Shown here: positions 38,421 to 52,841 of the stretch, piece after piece
Position numbering within the stretch: the stretch's first letter is position 1
Layout of the letters: every line of letters begins with the position of its first letter
Assembly: GCA_964035545.1 (NCBI GenBank)
Contig: OZ037766.1
Coordinates: 9,166,722 to 9,230,721, forward strand
Length of the DNA stretch: 64,000 bases
Source: Bugula neritina
Lineage: Eukaryota > Animalia > Bryozoa
Direction: 5' to 3'
Translations under genes and position numbers: made by a program
Notes under the pieces: model-generated
The model's database searches: none
What the model saw: the letters and a program-made list of their open reading frames with translations, nothing else
What the model was told of the DNA's origin: nothing

Positions 38421-41400
38421 ATGGGGAAATGGACCGGCAAAGCCTGCCGTCTTATCGCTATGCTTTCCCTTACATTCAGCTTCTTCCTCGTGGAACTAAT
38501 AGTAGGATATACTACCAACTCTCTAGCACTGGTAGCTGACTCCTTCCACATGTTATCAGATGTAGTTGCTCTTATAGTAGGCCTATTGTCAGTCACCGTA
38601 AGTAAATTCTGCCGCTTTTTGCTTTATTCAAAAAAATTTAGTGTCAGCTCAAACAAGGTGCTTACATAAATTTGCAAATTTGCCAAAGCTTTTTTACATT
38701 GTCAATAAAAATTATCCACTGTATGAATAATGTGCCATTGAACTAATTTCCATTTTTCACATCTGCTTTTACAGTATGCAAAGAAGGGTTCATCAAAGAG
38801 CAACACGTTTGGTTGGGCAAGAGCTGAAGTTCTGGGGGCGAATGTAAATGCTGTGTTTCTGGTAGCCTTATGCTTTACTATATTGGTGGAAGCCATTCAG
38901 AGGATGGTAGAGTTAGAGCCCATAACCAATTCCAAACTGCTGCTCATTGTTGGAGGTGTGGGTCTAGGAATCAACCTCATAGGCCTGGCATTGTTCCACA
39001 ATCAAGGTAATTGATCATCTGCATATGGTAGAACATCTGGCCTGCGTTCATCATGCTTTTTGATCTGCAACATTGTACACAAGGCCATTCTGTTGGAATT
39101 GAAAGCTGTACAGAGATATGTATGTATGTATGTATGCATGCATGCGAGATAGTATTGTATAATTAGCCTATTAGTGAATGAGAGAGGTGGATCAATATAA
39201 ATGTGTGTCAAATACAACTTTGAGTTTGCATGATTTTCTAGCTCATGGCCATTCACATGGAGGGGGTGGGCATGGCCACTCCCATGGTGGGGGACATAGT
39301 CATGGTAAAAAAGCCAAAGGGCATGGCCACTCTCATAATGGAAACTCTAACAGTCATGAGAGAAAACCCCTCCAAGGTTGGTATAATTATCCTCATTATC
39401 TTTGTTTGTTCTAAAAGTACATATTTATTATACATTTTCTCTTTTAATTCAAGATATTTAGTTAAGTTCCTCATCCTTGATGTTATACTCACAATAATTT
39501 TTCAACTTTGATATATCTTTAGATCATGCTTTCTAAACTTAGTTCCAAAAATTATTTTAATGAATGTTTAGACAAAACAACCTCAAAATTTGCTAGGACA
39601 GCTAATTAACAATAATGACTTGTAGAAGCTGAGTCCAGACCTGAGATTGAGAACGAGGACTCAGATGAAGATAATGCTGAAATATCTATTGATGTGAAAC
39701 AAATGGATGGAACCATCAAAAATGTTATACTCACAAAAGATCCTAAACAAAGTAAGGTGTGGCGCTGATGCTTAACACATCATATGATATAGTAGCCTTA
39801 CTAGGTACAAGTAAACCTCCTATCACTACAGTCACAACTGAGGGGTTGAAGTGTTCAGTTTTACACGTTGTTGAACCCATCAATTTGATTAGTTGATTAT
39901 TCTCTGGCAAAGCATGCTAAATGTCTCATTTAAAGTTGCTTTGATAGGCTGACATATATATAAAATATGTGAGTTGATTTATGAATATACTAAAACTATT
40001 TTTAAGTTCAATAAATTCCATGCCATTCACTCTGTGCATGTAGTAATTAAGTGTGGTTACTTTCTAGGCTATTCTTTGTTATCTGTAAGGCAGTGCAATG
40101 AGTTTAAGCTACTAAACTTACCAGATAAATTTAGCTGCTTTCAGTACTGGCATAGGCAGAATTTTTTAGTAATTTTTCAAATCAAACCAAACCGGCAAAA
40201 TAGACTCTAAAATTCAAAATTCTTATACTTAGGTTTGGTAGCTTCAATCTACCACCTTTTTGGTGAAGGAAACTTGAAAAGCTAACTCAGAATTGTATAG
40301 ATGTGTATATATTTTGGCTAAATACAGCTCTACAAACTGATGGTTCTACATATTTGCAACCTGCAGACTTATTTCTTTTACTAGAAGTACTGGAGTGTTA
40401 TTAATACTGGATTTGAATCTGCCAAAAATTCAAGTGGCTAAAATGTCACAAAAAGTTCAAACAAAATTTATAGCATCGGTAGTTGATTTGATTGTATAAA
40501 TTAATGAACCAACTTATGTAGACTATACATGTTATATACAGTTCTACAAGCTTCTCGCATTACAATACTAGCTTAGATAGTTATTCTGTTCCCAATAGTC
40601 AACTGTTGCCAGCTGTAAGGCTTTGGATCAGCTGATTTAATGACTATAAGCGCTTTTTATGACTGCGAATGTGTTAAGCAAATACACAAAGCAGAATTTC
40701 TTTGTTTTACTACTGAGCAATTGTTAACCCATTATACTATCTAAAGGGTTTGGCTACTTTCTATGGACTCCTACTTTCTATAAGTTATGGTTGAGAGTAT
40801 CAATCAGCTGTATTTATCTATAAAAAGTTAGTACGACTGTACTTAGCTCTTCCTCCACACCATGGAGCAATTGCCTCGTGACCGTAGAATTGAGATTTAG
40901 TAATACTATTCCCACTTCCTTAATAATTCAATCTATTCAGATGCACCGCAGTTACTATCTGCTGTATACTAGTGTATAGTGATTTAATCTAATAAGAAAC
41001 TGCTTAGTATTATCAGTTTCATAACATGGCAAGCATAAGCTCTAGTATATATATAAGCTGGTCTCGCTGGTTGCCAATATGAGTTACTTCTTCCTAGCTT
41101 ATGTCACGTACAACATTTTCCAGAAAATGATATCATTGTAAACTTATAATATCTTATCCACTGTGATAGAATACAAAGCACTTTAGATTATTATTATTAA
41201 TCATTGATACTATTTATAGTTATTGTAGGCTTGTTTGTGTAATATTAGAGTTAGAGTGTGACTCAAGTTGCAAGTTGTAGGAGTTGTTTAGTGGAGATTT
41301 TAGCATTCAACTTCAAAAATATATTTGCTGAGTTAACCAAAAACATACTTTATGCTTATATTTGTATATATAAAATATTAATTTGAAATAGTATTGTAAG

Positions 41401-44400
41401 CCTTCAGTAATTAACAGTAGGAGTCGACAGAGTAAAGGAATTCCCCCCCCCCCCCTAACTTTCACCCTTTTGTTTTACCACTAGCCTTGTAAGTTTCCTT
41501 TAGTTGACAGCTATGAGCTTAAGATGGGGCACAAATTGGGTACAAAATATCTCTCATCATTTCTAATTGATTTTGTAGCTATTTTAGTTGTATATGTGGT
41601 TAGTTAATGTTTTCACTTTAAACTATCAATTGGTCTTTCAGCAGGAAAATAATGCTATAAATACAAACTTATTATCACTGTCATTGGTGTCCATCCTTTG
41701 TGTTGTTTATGGAGTTAATTTAAGCATCCTGTTGCTTTTTCTATCAACACATACAGTGATAGTAAATCAGTAGAGACCCCAGGGGCACTCCTGGTGAAAT
41801 ATGTAAGGTCAGGGGTTGTGACATAAAGGTAGCTGCACCTGCTCTATACTGGAAGTTTATGTTGCCAACAAAGTCTACCATCTCCTTTTAAGAAATGGCA
41901 TATGATATATAGCATTCAGCATAATATGATATATAGTATCCAGCATAATATGATATATAGCATTCAGCATAATATGAAATATAGTATCCAGGTATACATT
42001 ATATATTATCCAGTTATATAATATATAGTATTCAGCATGTTATAATATATATTATTCAACGTAATATTTTATTCAACATACTATGATATATAGTATTACT
42101 CAACATATAATATATAGTATTCAACGTAATATAATGATGATTCTAGGGTCAGCGGAGCAGTTAAACATGAAGGGAGTTTTCTTGCACGTGCTCGGTGATG
42201 CTCTGGGTTCAGTAGTTGTGATGATCAGCGCTATCATTTATATGGCAACAGAGCGCTGTGAACGGAGAGATTTTGAGATAGGAGGAGAGCGTGGCTCGGA
42301 CATGTTACGTCGTACAACTACCACCTCATTGACCACTCTCTCAAATTCTCTCAATATCTCCACAATCTCTGCTCTTATCAACGTCACCACTGAAGCCCCT
42401 GAGTGTTTCAAAACTGCACCTCATTGGATTAATTTTGTTGATCCAGTACTCAGGTAAGTTTATTCCACTCAAATTCAATTTAGGTTATGATGTCTTTCTC
42501 CATTAGCAGAATACAATGGGACTATGTGAATATTCAATATATTTTGAAAGTGTTTTACGCAGTAGCTTATAAATAGAAAGATGAGTTATAAGTTTCAGGA
42601 TAACGTTGAAAAAAACATTATATCTGCACTGCTCTACCATTTAGCGTTCTGATTCAATTTAATTTTAGCAATATTATTTATTAGCTATATTATTTTGTGA
42701 GAATGGGTTTTCAAATTGCTGAATTTTAGTCTTTAATCCTAATTTTTTAAATATACAACTAAGGCTGAGACTGATATCTTTAAGAAAAAATAATTTTCTC
42801 AAATGATGATAGTTGGATAGAAGCTATTTACTGAAAATAATTTAACAAGCTTCTAATTTTGAGGATCCAAATGAGATTCAAGTATGTTTCGTAGACTACA
42901 AAATTGAGTATTGATAAAATCAGCCGTTTCCATCAAAGAAATCAAAACCAAAAATACTCGTATATTGTAATAATTATTTTCGAATGCACTTTAAATTCTT
43001 CAACAGTATTATATTTCCACGACATGCCTTAAGCAACAGATAATGTTTAGTATTGTATAAATGTTAGCTCAGTGCAGCTGGTAGTAGGGTAGTTTGTAAC
43101 ATTCAAAAATTTTAAAGCCTGAATTCATACTTCTGTATTCATGCAAGTCACCATGTGATGAATGATTCTATAAGTTCATATAATGTTGAAGTAAAGTTTG
43201 TTATATCAAATTGTTGTCTGATTCAAAGTTTAATTTGCAATTATCTGTAGTTTCATAAGTTCAGGTTATGCCTGTAGGAAATATGGTGATAGCATTATCT
43301 GCGTCATGCTACTCAAATTAAGTAGTTTATCGAGTATATTTTCAGTACATTCAACACGCTTGTTTGGTTAGTTATTTTATCATAATTTCAAGTAAAGTCT
43401 TACATAGAATTGATGGCATATGCAGTGAATTGGTTTGCCAGGTCTATGGTTTTGTCGCCAGTCTATGTTTGTTCATCTTATAATTTAATCTTTTCAATAT
43501 TTGTAGCATATTTCTGGTGGTCATAATTCTCTCAACTTCCATACCATTAGGTAAGATACTGTTTCCAACTCACTTTGATTAAAATCCTTGTAAATCTTTT
43601 ACTCAGACTACTTGACACCATGACTTAACTTGTCTGCTTAACTATAGTTTGAATCTAAGTTCTTAAAATTTAAGCAAGTCCTAGTTTGAAGATATGTAAA
43701 TAATTCTCACTTATTTAATAACTTTTCAATCAATGATAAAGTAAATCAATTTATTAAGTAGTTTTGTGTTCAAAGTGTTTAAAAAGAATTGTAGTAATAT
43801 GGTAGTTATCTCATTATTCTTTGACTGTAAACAAACAAGCTTCCACAACTGGCACAACAGATCATCAATATTTATTAAAAACAAGATCAGCGGCAGAGAC
43901 TTGTAAATATAAAGTAATGATGATTAAATCTTGTGTGTCGCCAACACTTCATTTACCATCCTAAGACTTCAAGTAGGATTCAGTCTTAGCAAATTGTTAA
44001 TTGCATTTAGATCTCTTTGTTGTTAAACTTGGGACATAGATTTTATTAAATGCTAACAATAGTGCACTTGGCCAGCGTGTGAAACAACACGTGTTATTCC
44101 AGTAGCTAACAATACCTTATTAAATATAGATATATCAACATCACAGTTCATAAATGAGTATCAGTACTACAGTTTCAAGTTTGGTTGGCTGACTTCCACC
44201 ACATGTTGCCTAACAGATTAGCTTCAAGTTCCTCTCCATAATATCTACTTTATCTGCTCCTCTGCCAACTATGCAGTGCATTCACATTAAATGTTAAAAC
44301 ACTCAGTAAAAAGAGACAATATAGGACATAGGTGTTGAAAAGCAGGAGGGGGGGGGTGAATCCAATAATGTGGTCTTTTTGATTAGGTAAAAATTCTTTC

Positions 44401-47366
44401 ATATTTCATTAAATGGCATTTTGAGGTTTGAAACTTCTATCAATGTAAATTATGTTGTAGAAATATTAGCCATGATTTCAAAATACAACGTGTGATATTA
44501 GCAATTTGTAGTGCTAAGAAATTTTATTAGCCTAAGTTCTTTAATTTTCCCAATAAATTTTGGTTCAAAATTAGGGCGAGATTATAACTTTTTTCATATT
44601 TCTTCTCCTAAACAAAGTTCACCCTAACTTCCCTATTTGTTGCACTGCAAACCTTGAAGTATATAGTTCCAGGTTATATTGGGCAGACAATAACAGTATC
44701 TCATCTACTCACCTAATATTCATTATATCTATTCTAAAAGCAGTACTTAGTTATCTTCACTCAAGTTTTACAGCTGCTCAATTCTCAGCTCACTTATTGT
44801 ATTCTGCAGTGAAAGATTCTGGCTTGATCTTAATGCAGACAGTACCAACCCACATTGTTGTGTCCACCATGCAGGCTCATCTGGAGAAGGTAGTACTTTA
44901 ACTAAACTAGTCCTCAAATAGGTTCCAGTGAATCAGTCACTTGCACCTCTGTTTGTCATAATTAGTTGGCATTAGCTTTCAATAAATATTTCTTGTGTTT
45001 TTTGCATTTCATGCAGGTTTGACTGCACTGCTCTCAGAAATGCTCCGAGATTATTTGCACCTTTTTAGTTGTATAGCATTTAGTATTCTTAGTTTAATTT
45101 TTTGTTATTATATCACACCCCCATGTGCTACAACTGTGTTACACCCCTTGTGCTGCAACTATATTATGTTATATAGGTATAATAGAGTATATTTTGCCAC
45201 TGGTTAAAAACTAGCTGCTAGGATTTTCTGCATATCCCCTTCAACTGATTACCCTGAAAGTTGCAGTTTGTTTCCGTGATGTTGCAGATGGATGGTATAA
45301 TGGCTGTACACGAGTTCCACGTGTGGAGTTTGGCTGGAGACAAGATAGTTGCCTCTTTGCACATTCACCTCAGGACTTTAGAAGATTATATCAGAGTGTC
45401 TAATCAGGTCAAAGAGTATTTCCACGATGAAGGAATACATTCAGTCACTATACAGCCAGAGTTTGTGGATGTAAGATTTTAATGCTAAGTTTTTAGACTA
45501 TCTTTTCATCATAGGTTGAATTCGCTTGCAAGATTTTCCACAATGTGATGCTTTCAGCTGTTTCAAGTTTAAACACAGTGAAATAAAACACCATTGACTG
45601 TTGGCTGTAACTTTAAACAAATATATATTTGAAATATTGATAGCCTGTTGGGTAAAATGGCTTTACAATGATAAGCCACTAGCCTCCCTTTGCCATGCTT
45701 TGAAATAATATGAGGTCTTCCTAAAACTTTTAGTTTGGTACCACATTATTTTTTATCAAAATATACAAATTTTCTAATAGATACTTGATACAAAGTTCAA
45801 ATTCAACGGAGTTTTTGCACTTGAGTAGAGCTGATGAAATCTGCTTAAGTGTGTGACATTTGGCAAGCATATGTGCCGTGATAGCTTGTACTAATAGATA
45901 GCTTGGTGTAATACGATAGATCTGCACTTATTCTGAAGAGTGTTGCAAAACCTTTGCCATGTATTTCTACATTGCTAAAAGAATTGTTTGGATATAATTG
46001 TCAGTTCTTGACACTTGTACTAACAAAATATAGGGTCTATAAAGGTTCACACATCTTTATATACAGCTGTATTGTGATGCAATATACTGCCCCTGTCAGG
46101 CTGGTATTTTTATCCAGTCTGCAGTGTTGCAATGAAGCTATCCCATATTATCTTATATATTTCTGGCTAGGAATTTAGCTTGGTCACGGAAGCTGCTATG
46201 GTGTCTTTCAATAAACCTCTTAGTTGTAGCTGTGCGTTTGGCTTATGCTATTTTAAGTGTCATCTTTAGTGGATTGGCAACATTTTAATTGCAGCAAATA
46301 CTTCTCCAATGGGTTTTATTTGAACATAAGCTCATTAAATGATATTGCAATGTTTAAATATGGTGACAGTAGCTAAACAATGACTACCCTCCCCCCACCT
46401 CTTCCTACTGTTTAGTTGTGACATGTTGTTGAAGCAACTAACTTTGTACGAGACTGCAGAGTTTTTACTAAAATTTTGTAATTTTTCATAGCATTTTAGC
46501 TTTTATTAAAACTGATTCAAACTTTATATCTTGCAGCAGATCAGTAACAACAATTTTCAATATATTAACATAAATGGTAGAAGAAACGGAAATTACCTAA
46601 TCCACTCAATATTCAGTTAAATTTGTCAGTCACGTTAAGTCTAGAAAATATTTTGGTTTGCTGTTTATTAATTTTACACATTTGCCAATGGTATTCTTTT
46701 CTCTGAGTAATACCCTGTATGATTTCAGTTTATGGAACGAATTTTGAATATCATGCTTTTTACATTCCTCATGAAACATGCTGGCAAAGGTTTCTTTGTT
46801 GTGTAGGATTTGTCTTCTCATACTCATTGTATAGTCATTGAACTCTAAGGCTGCTGGGTGGGTTTCAGCTCTATTTTGGTCATATAAATTGAATTCTGAT
46901 TCACACACACAACTATAAGGATAGCTGTAATGGCATTAAATACAGGAGGTGGTTTATGGAGCTACCCATATAAATACTGAAACTGAGTTCTTACAAGTGA
47001 AAGGGTGTATATGTAGGGGAATAAGTGTTGCTACTTTGTGTTATTGATTGTAGTGGTAATATTTCTACTCAATATTGATTCAAATCTAATTTTAATGAAA
47101 TTTATTTGATGCATTACAATTGACTGTTTTAACTAAATTGTTGTTTGTTATTGCAGCTGCATGTAAAGAAAGCCGGTAGAGAATGTGTGTTAGAATGTGG
47201 TCCAGAAAAAGACTGTCACCCTGCTACATGTTGCAGTGTTAATCAGAAGACATTAGATGTCTCGGCTACAGGTTCACAGGCTAAAACTATGGATAATGAT
47301 GAAATTCGGCTACAGGATATCACTGTAATACCTGATGCCATAACTGCCAACTCTTCCCATGCATAA
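38421..47366 (+). CDS. SLC30A1: ZnT1/SLC30A1-like CDF zinc exporter (about 497 aa, 9 coding exons)
   Basis: Exons 38421-38597, 38775-39006, 39242-39376, 39626-39751, 42147-42453, 43507-43550, 44810-44889, 45288-45470 and 47157-47366. Motifs DSFHMLSD, TFGWARAEVLG, His-Gly loop, LNMKGVFLHVLGDALGS, HEFHVW, GIHSVTIQPEF and C-terminal C..EC....C....CC. Confidence 0.93.
41900..42135. repeat. Degenerate 24-bp tandem repeat abutting a ZnT1 splice acceptor
   Basis: Unit ATATGATATATAG(C/T)AT(T/C)CAGCATA at 41900, 41924, 41948 and 41972, decaying towards 42135. Confidence 0.8.
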
Positions 47367-49485
47367 GTTGTCTAGCATCACCAGCTTGCTGCTCTCAAAG
47401 CTGTGTATATATAATATCAGGATGAATCTGTTTATTATCATAGGTAATAAATCTAGGCTCTATAATTTGTCAAAAAAGCCGATTAAATTGTATTTCTCAA
47501 ATGAATTTCATTTTTTCAGGTCTGCTGGTTTCCAAAGCTGTATATAAGATTATTTATCTATTATATATTTAACTTCCATCTTATGAAACTGGTTTTAAGC
47601 AACGTCTCTCTCTATATGCTGTTATAGTTTGCCTCGTCTATGTATGGGATCGCAACCCCAACATATCTTTTAGACTAGCATATGAAAATTTAATAGGTCA
47701 TTATTTCATTTATATTGTTTTTTTTCATTTATTTGTGTTATTATTCATAGGTTGTGTGATGAAAATCTAAAGTATGTTTTTATTACACTGATGTAAAATT
47801 GTATTTTACTTGCCATCCTTATGTGTAACTTCTGCTGTTTGTGTTGTTTTTTCTGGCCTGGATAGTGCATGCAAGGCCATGTGATATATGAACACTTATA
47901 TACTAAGATCTAATGATAAGGTATATTTTTATTTAATATATTGTTGTGATAATGCTAAAGTTATTTAATTTGTTTATGTTACTATTGCTGCAATAGTTGC
48001 CTCTAACACGCATTTGTATGACAATCAGTTCATTGCTTCACTGGAGATCTAATTTAAGCAATGTGTAATGCAATAAAATGTTTGAAAAACCAACACAAGT
48101 TACTTACTTCTTTTCAAGTTATATTTATCTGCCATTTATGACACCTTTTGGGCAGTTTGTGACACTTTTAGGCAGTGGTTGCTACTTAAGGAAACTTGGT
48201 GAGTTTTAGCTGTTGGTGCATTTTATGGATGTTATGCAACGGTGATGTTGCTAATTTTGGTTTAAAGCAAGGCTTATAGATTATTGATATACACAGTGTG
48301 CATAGGAAGCTGCATTGTATGTAGTATGATACTGTATTGTCAAACTAAAAAATACAATTAGCATAATACAGAAACACAAATCACATCATGTTATCAGATT
48401 AAATAAAAGTAAATTTAAAGGAATTATAATCATCACACTTATAGTAATTCATTGCATTGCCATTTCTGCCAACTATCTTAGCAGATAAATTGAATGCCTA
48501 TAAACAAGCCTGCAATGACAGAGCAAACTAAAATAACATGCTAAACTGTGTTATACGTTCCAGAAAACCTGGTAATATTGTAGCTAACCAGTAGGAAAAA
48601 GTTTGAAAATAATGGGCTGTTCTATAAATTCTTTGTATTTTGAGCTAAATCTCATTTACTCTATGGAAAGTTAAAATGGTAATGAATTTAATTATTTTTA
48701 TTTTATCAAATGCCATACTTTCTTTAGACTTCAGTTGTTGCTTTGGACTTTAGATCGCCATTTGCCATGATTATTACTACATGACTGTAACGTTATGCTT
48801 ATGAAGTTTACCAAGTAAATTTAACTGACTACGCTGAACTGATCTGGGTATGAAAATAGTAGTTAGCAGTCTTTAAATATTGGGTAGCCAATAGCCCTAT
48901 TGGGTAGGGGTATGGATTTAAATCAGAAACATGAGTACACAAATCCAAATTATAACCAAGTGTAACTTTTAAACACACTAAAACTTGACAGAATATTAAA
49001 ATCTTGTACATCAGTAAAGTCTGCAGCCAACAAAATAATTGTAATAATATTTGCCCATATACATACAAACGAAACGCAATTGAAATTCTCTAAGATTATC
49101 AAGTTTGGTATTTGGAACAAGGAATTGTCTTCACAGGATTGTTGACCCTGTAAACACTGTTCTTCCCTGCAAACTAATGTATAAGTATGTTTCATACACA
49201 GATTAATTTCTGGTGAGTGTTGATAACTGTTTCTATTGCATTTAGTCTAGTGAGAAGTGCAGTCCTCAACATTCTCTATCTGCTCCAGTTTATAGTGCAT
49301 ACATATCTGCTGATACTAGGTGAAAGATAGGGTAACTCCTTAACCTTTCCTAAATGATTGCTGCTCTCTCACTGCAACTTTATATACTCATTACGACTGA
49401 AAACAAATTTCCCATGTCTTTTACCAGTTGTTACAATTACGAACTATTACAGCCTAAGAAAAGACTCAGTAACAAACCAGATTGA

Positions 49486-49834
<349 letters not shown>

Positions 49835-51105
49835 TTTCACTGTCTTTTTTTAATTAAAGCCATAGTGCTTGCTTATAAATAATTCCAATTTTAGAAGTAT
49901 TGTGGTTTGCATTTCTGCATTTTTCTTTTAAATTGACACAAGTCTACAAAAGCAAGGATGTAGCATACTGTATATTAGAAGTACAACATCAAAAATGTGA
50001 CTACTACTCAACTATACTCTCTCATTGGAGACTGCAAATATCCAAAGTTTACAGCTTCAGAGACACCTCGGATTTTGCTAAGAAGAGCAACCACAACTCC
50101 TAAGCTAGCAATTATGCACTTGGTGAGTCTGTTACAAAAATAAGTTGCAGATAGCTACAACAGCTTTTCCTGCAGACTTAGCTCCATGATAGAACAAAGA
50201 AATTTCATGCTGAAGCTGAACTACCTTCTATAATTATCATACTTCAAGCATTACACTTCCATGTATAAGTTACTCATACTAGGAGCTTAAGGAATGTCTC
50301 TGTAATATAAACTAATACTGGTTTGCTGGTACCTCTTCATGCAATGTGCTACCCTCAAATGACGAGCTATAAGACTTAGTTCAAGGAGACACTCATGGCA
50401 AGGTAACATGGACTCTTTAGTAACATGGAGACAAGGTAGTACTAGCATTTCTTATTTGTTACCAAAATTAATATTGTATTCACTTATCTTAGCTAACGGT
50501 AAATGCTTATACAATTATCACAATCATTATGTTTTTGCAATCGACTATTTGATGAATTTTTTCACTTTGTTCTAATGCTATATTGTGTTGATGCACCAAA
50601 TCAAACTTCTGAACAACTACTATCACTTTCATAGTAAGCTATATTACTGTGCAGCTATTACATGATACCAAACAATCAATATCTTTTAAAGTAACACTAT
50701 TGAAAAAAAAAAAAAACTTAAAAAGTATTGCTATTGCTGTAATGATTATGCCGTTATAAACTTTGCAAGTTTCAACAATACATGTAATTGTAATTGTATT
50801 ATTTTATATTCTATAATGGTTAAATCATTCTGAATGGAAATGTCATTATTAACAGATTAAGGCAACATAGAATACCTAAAGTTTAAACAGAATTTTGGCA
50901 GCTTCGAAACTAAATTATGCAATTTGTATGGTTGGTTGTTAGGAACAGCAGCTTTTAAGTTGTAACTCAAAGAAGCCTCCAGTTATAGGAAATGAGTACA
51001 ACATAATTGCCTAAATCATATAAATTCGACCAGAAGCCTTATAAACTTGGACATGTTGAAATAGTGTGAAGTGCACACAGAGTTAATACTGAGAATGTGA
51101 GAGTT

Positions 51106-51203
51106 GATACTGGAGGTGTAGATACTGGGGGTGTAGATACTAGGGGGTGTAGATACTGGGGGTGTGAGAGTACATAATGGGGGTGTATAGATACTGGGGG
51201 GTG
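51106..51203. repeat. G-rich about 15-bp tandem repeat (GATACTGGGGGTGTA)
   Basis: About six degenerate copies with G5-G6 runs. Confidence 0.8.
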
Positions 51204-52841
51204 TGCAGCAAATAATATGGCAGGGAGATGAGAGGTAACAATAGCTATAGGGGAATGAATAATGAGTAGACAAATAAGAAAGGTACCGTAAGCACATAGG
51301 GCTATGAAATTAAATGTCATAGCAAAGAGGAGAATAATACTAATTAGGAAATAAATAAAAGCAATATAAAACCAAATAATAAATTTAAAAGCATCAACAA
51401 TGCAAGTGTGAAAACAAATTATAGATATAGAGAAGTCTTCTTCGAGCATAAAATTAAATATTTTATTGTGAGCATTCGGGATATAATTAGTAACTTTTTG
51501 ACCAAAAAAGAATGTCTATGAACATGAAAATTAAATTGATATCAACTGTGACAGCCGATAATGGTTATTGTATCAGCTGATAATTGTTGCTGCGTTAGCA
51601 CGGGTGCTGTTTAGCACGGGTGCCTATGTATTGTGATTCACTTAATGAAGGGTGAATAAATGGAGGATACAGATGCAGGCCACAACTCTATTTTTGTCTA
51701 TTGCCAGCAGTATAATTATTTTCTAAGTTAGACTTCATTCATACTTAGACTCATACTCGTACTTTACTAGTACTCATACTTTACTGTAACCTATAACCAT
51801 AAAAATTACAAAAATCTTGTTAACTTAACATTAATTACATAGCTGACAAAACATTTAGTTAATAAAGTTCAAAACAAAAGATAATATAATACTTACAATT
51901 ATTTTGACAATTAAGTATAGATTGCCTGCATCTTTAGCAGGAGGAAAACTGAGCCACACTGACTCATCTACCAAAAACTGTCAATAAATAGCTATCGCGA
52001 AAGCTTTCACAAATAGCTTTCGTTACACAATGATTTTTGGAAAGCTGCCAAAAAGCCACTGCAAAAAAATTGTAATCACAATTTGGTCACTTAATAATCA
52101 AACCCAATATGGGGTATATTTGAAACTTATAAGTGTTGTTTTATATTGTAGCTACTATGTTATATATAATGTTGAATACCCAAATTTTTTGTTAACATTT
52201 AGCACTTAACATGGTAAAAAGGTTTACTGTTTACATTGACAATGAATCTGAGCCTTTGCTAATTTTGGGGTCTCAACATTTGCAACAATATTTTACCAAC
52301 ATCTACTTTCAATACTACAAGCCAAAACTCAGACACTATTGATCAAATGCTGAGATACATTTTGATAAATTAACATTTATTTAAAAGATGCTTTAAACAT
52401 TTATAAAAAGTTCACAATAGTATGTTTTGAAATATAGCAAGGTGAGAAGTATTTAATTGAAACAAATTCCCAAATCATGCTTGCATAAATAGTACCTATA
52501 AATGTTAAAATCAAAACTATTAAAAAGCTATAATTGTTTAATGAAATGCTTTACTACACATTTACAGTTTCCAATAAGGTTCTGCAATTGCTAATGAGTT
52601 GTCATGAGACATATGCAAAATTTTTGTAGTTTTGGTATAACATGTGTTGCCATACATACAGGTCTGTAAGTGTAGCACTTCACATCAAAGAACTTGCATC
52701 ATATGCTTGTGTTAGTAAGTTTAACTGCTACCAGCTATGTTACCTGAAAACAGTTTATTAACAATTAATACTTATCATTATACAGAATGCTAGTTGAACC
52801 TGGACAACTAAAGATGCTGGAATAAGCTCAAACCTCAAACC

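Noticed and set aside
46630-46908. 92-aa minus ORF in a ZnT1 intron
   Set aside because: Only a vague resemblance to a Mutator/FLYWCH transposase linker; no motif or splice support.
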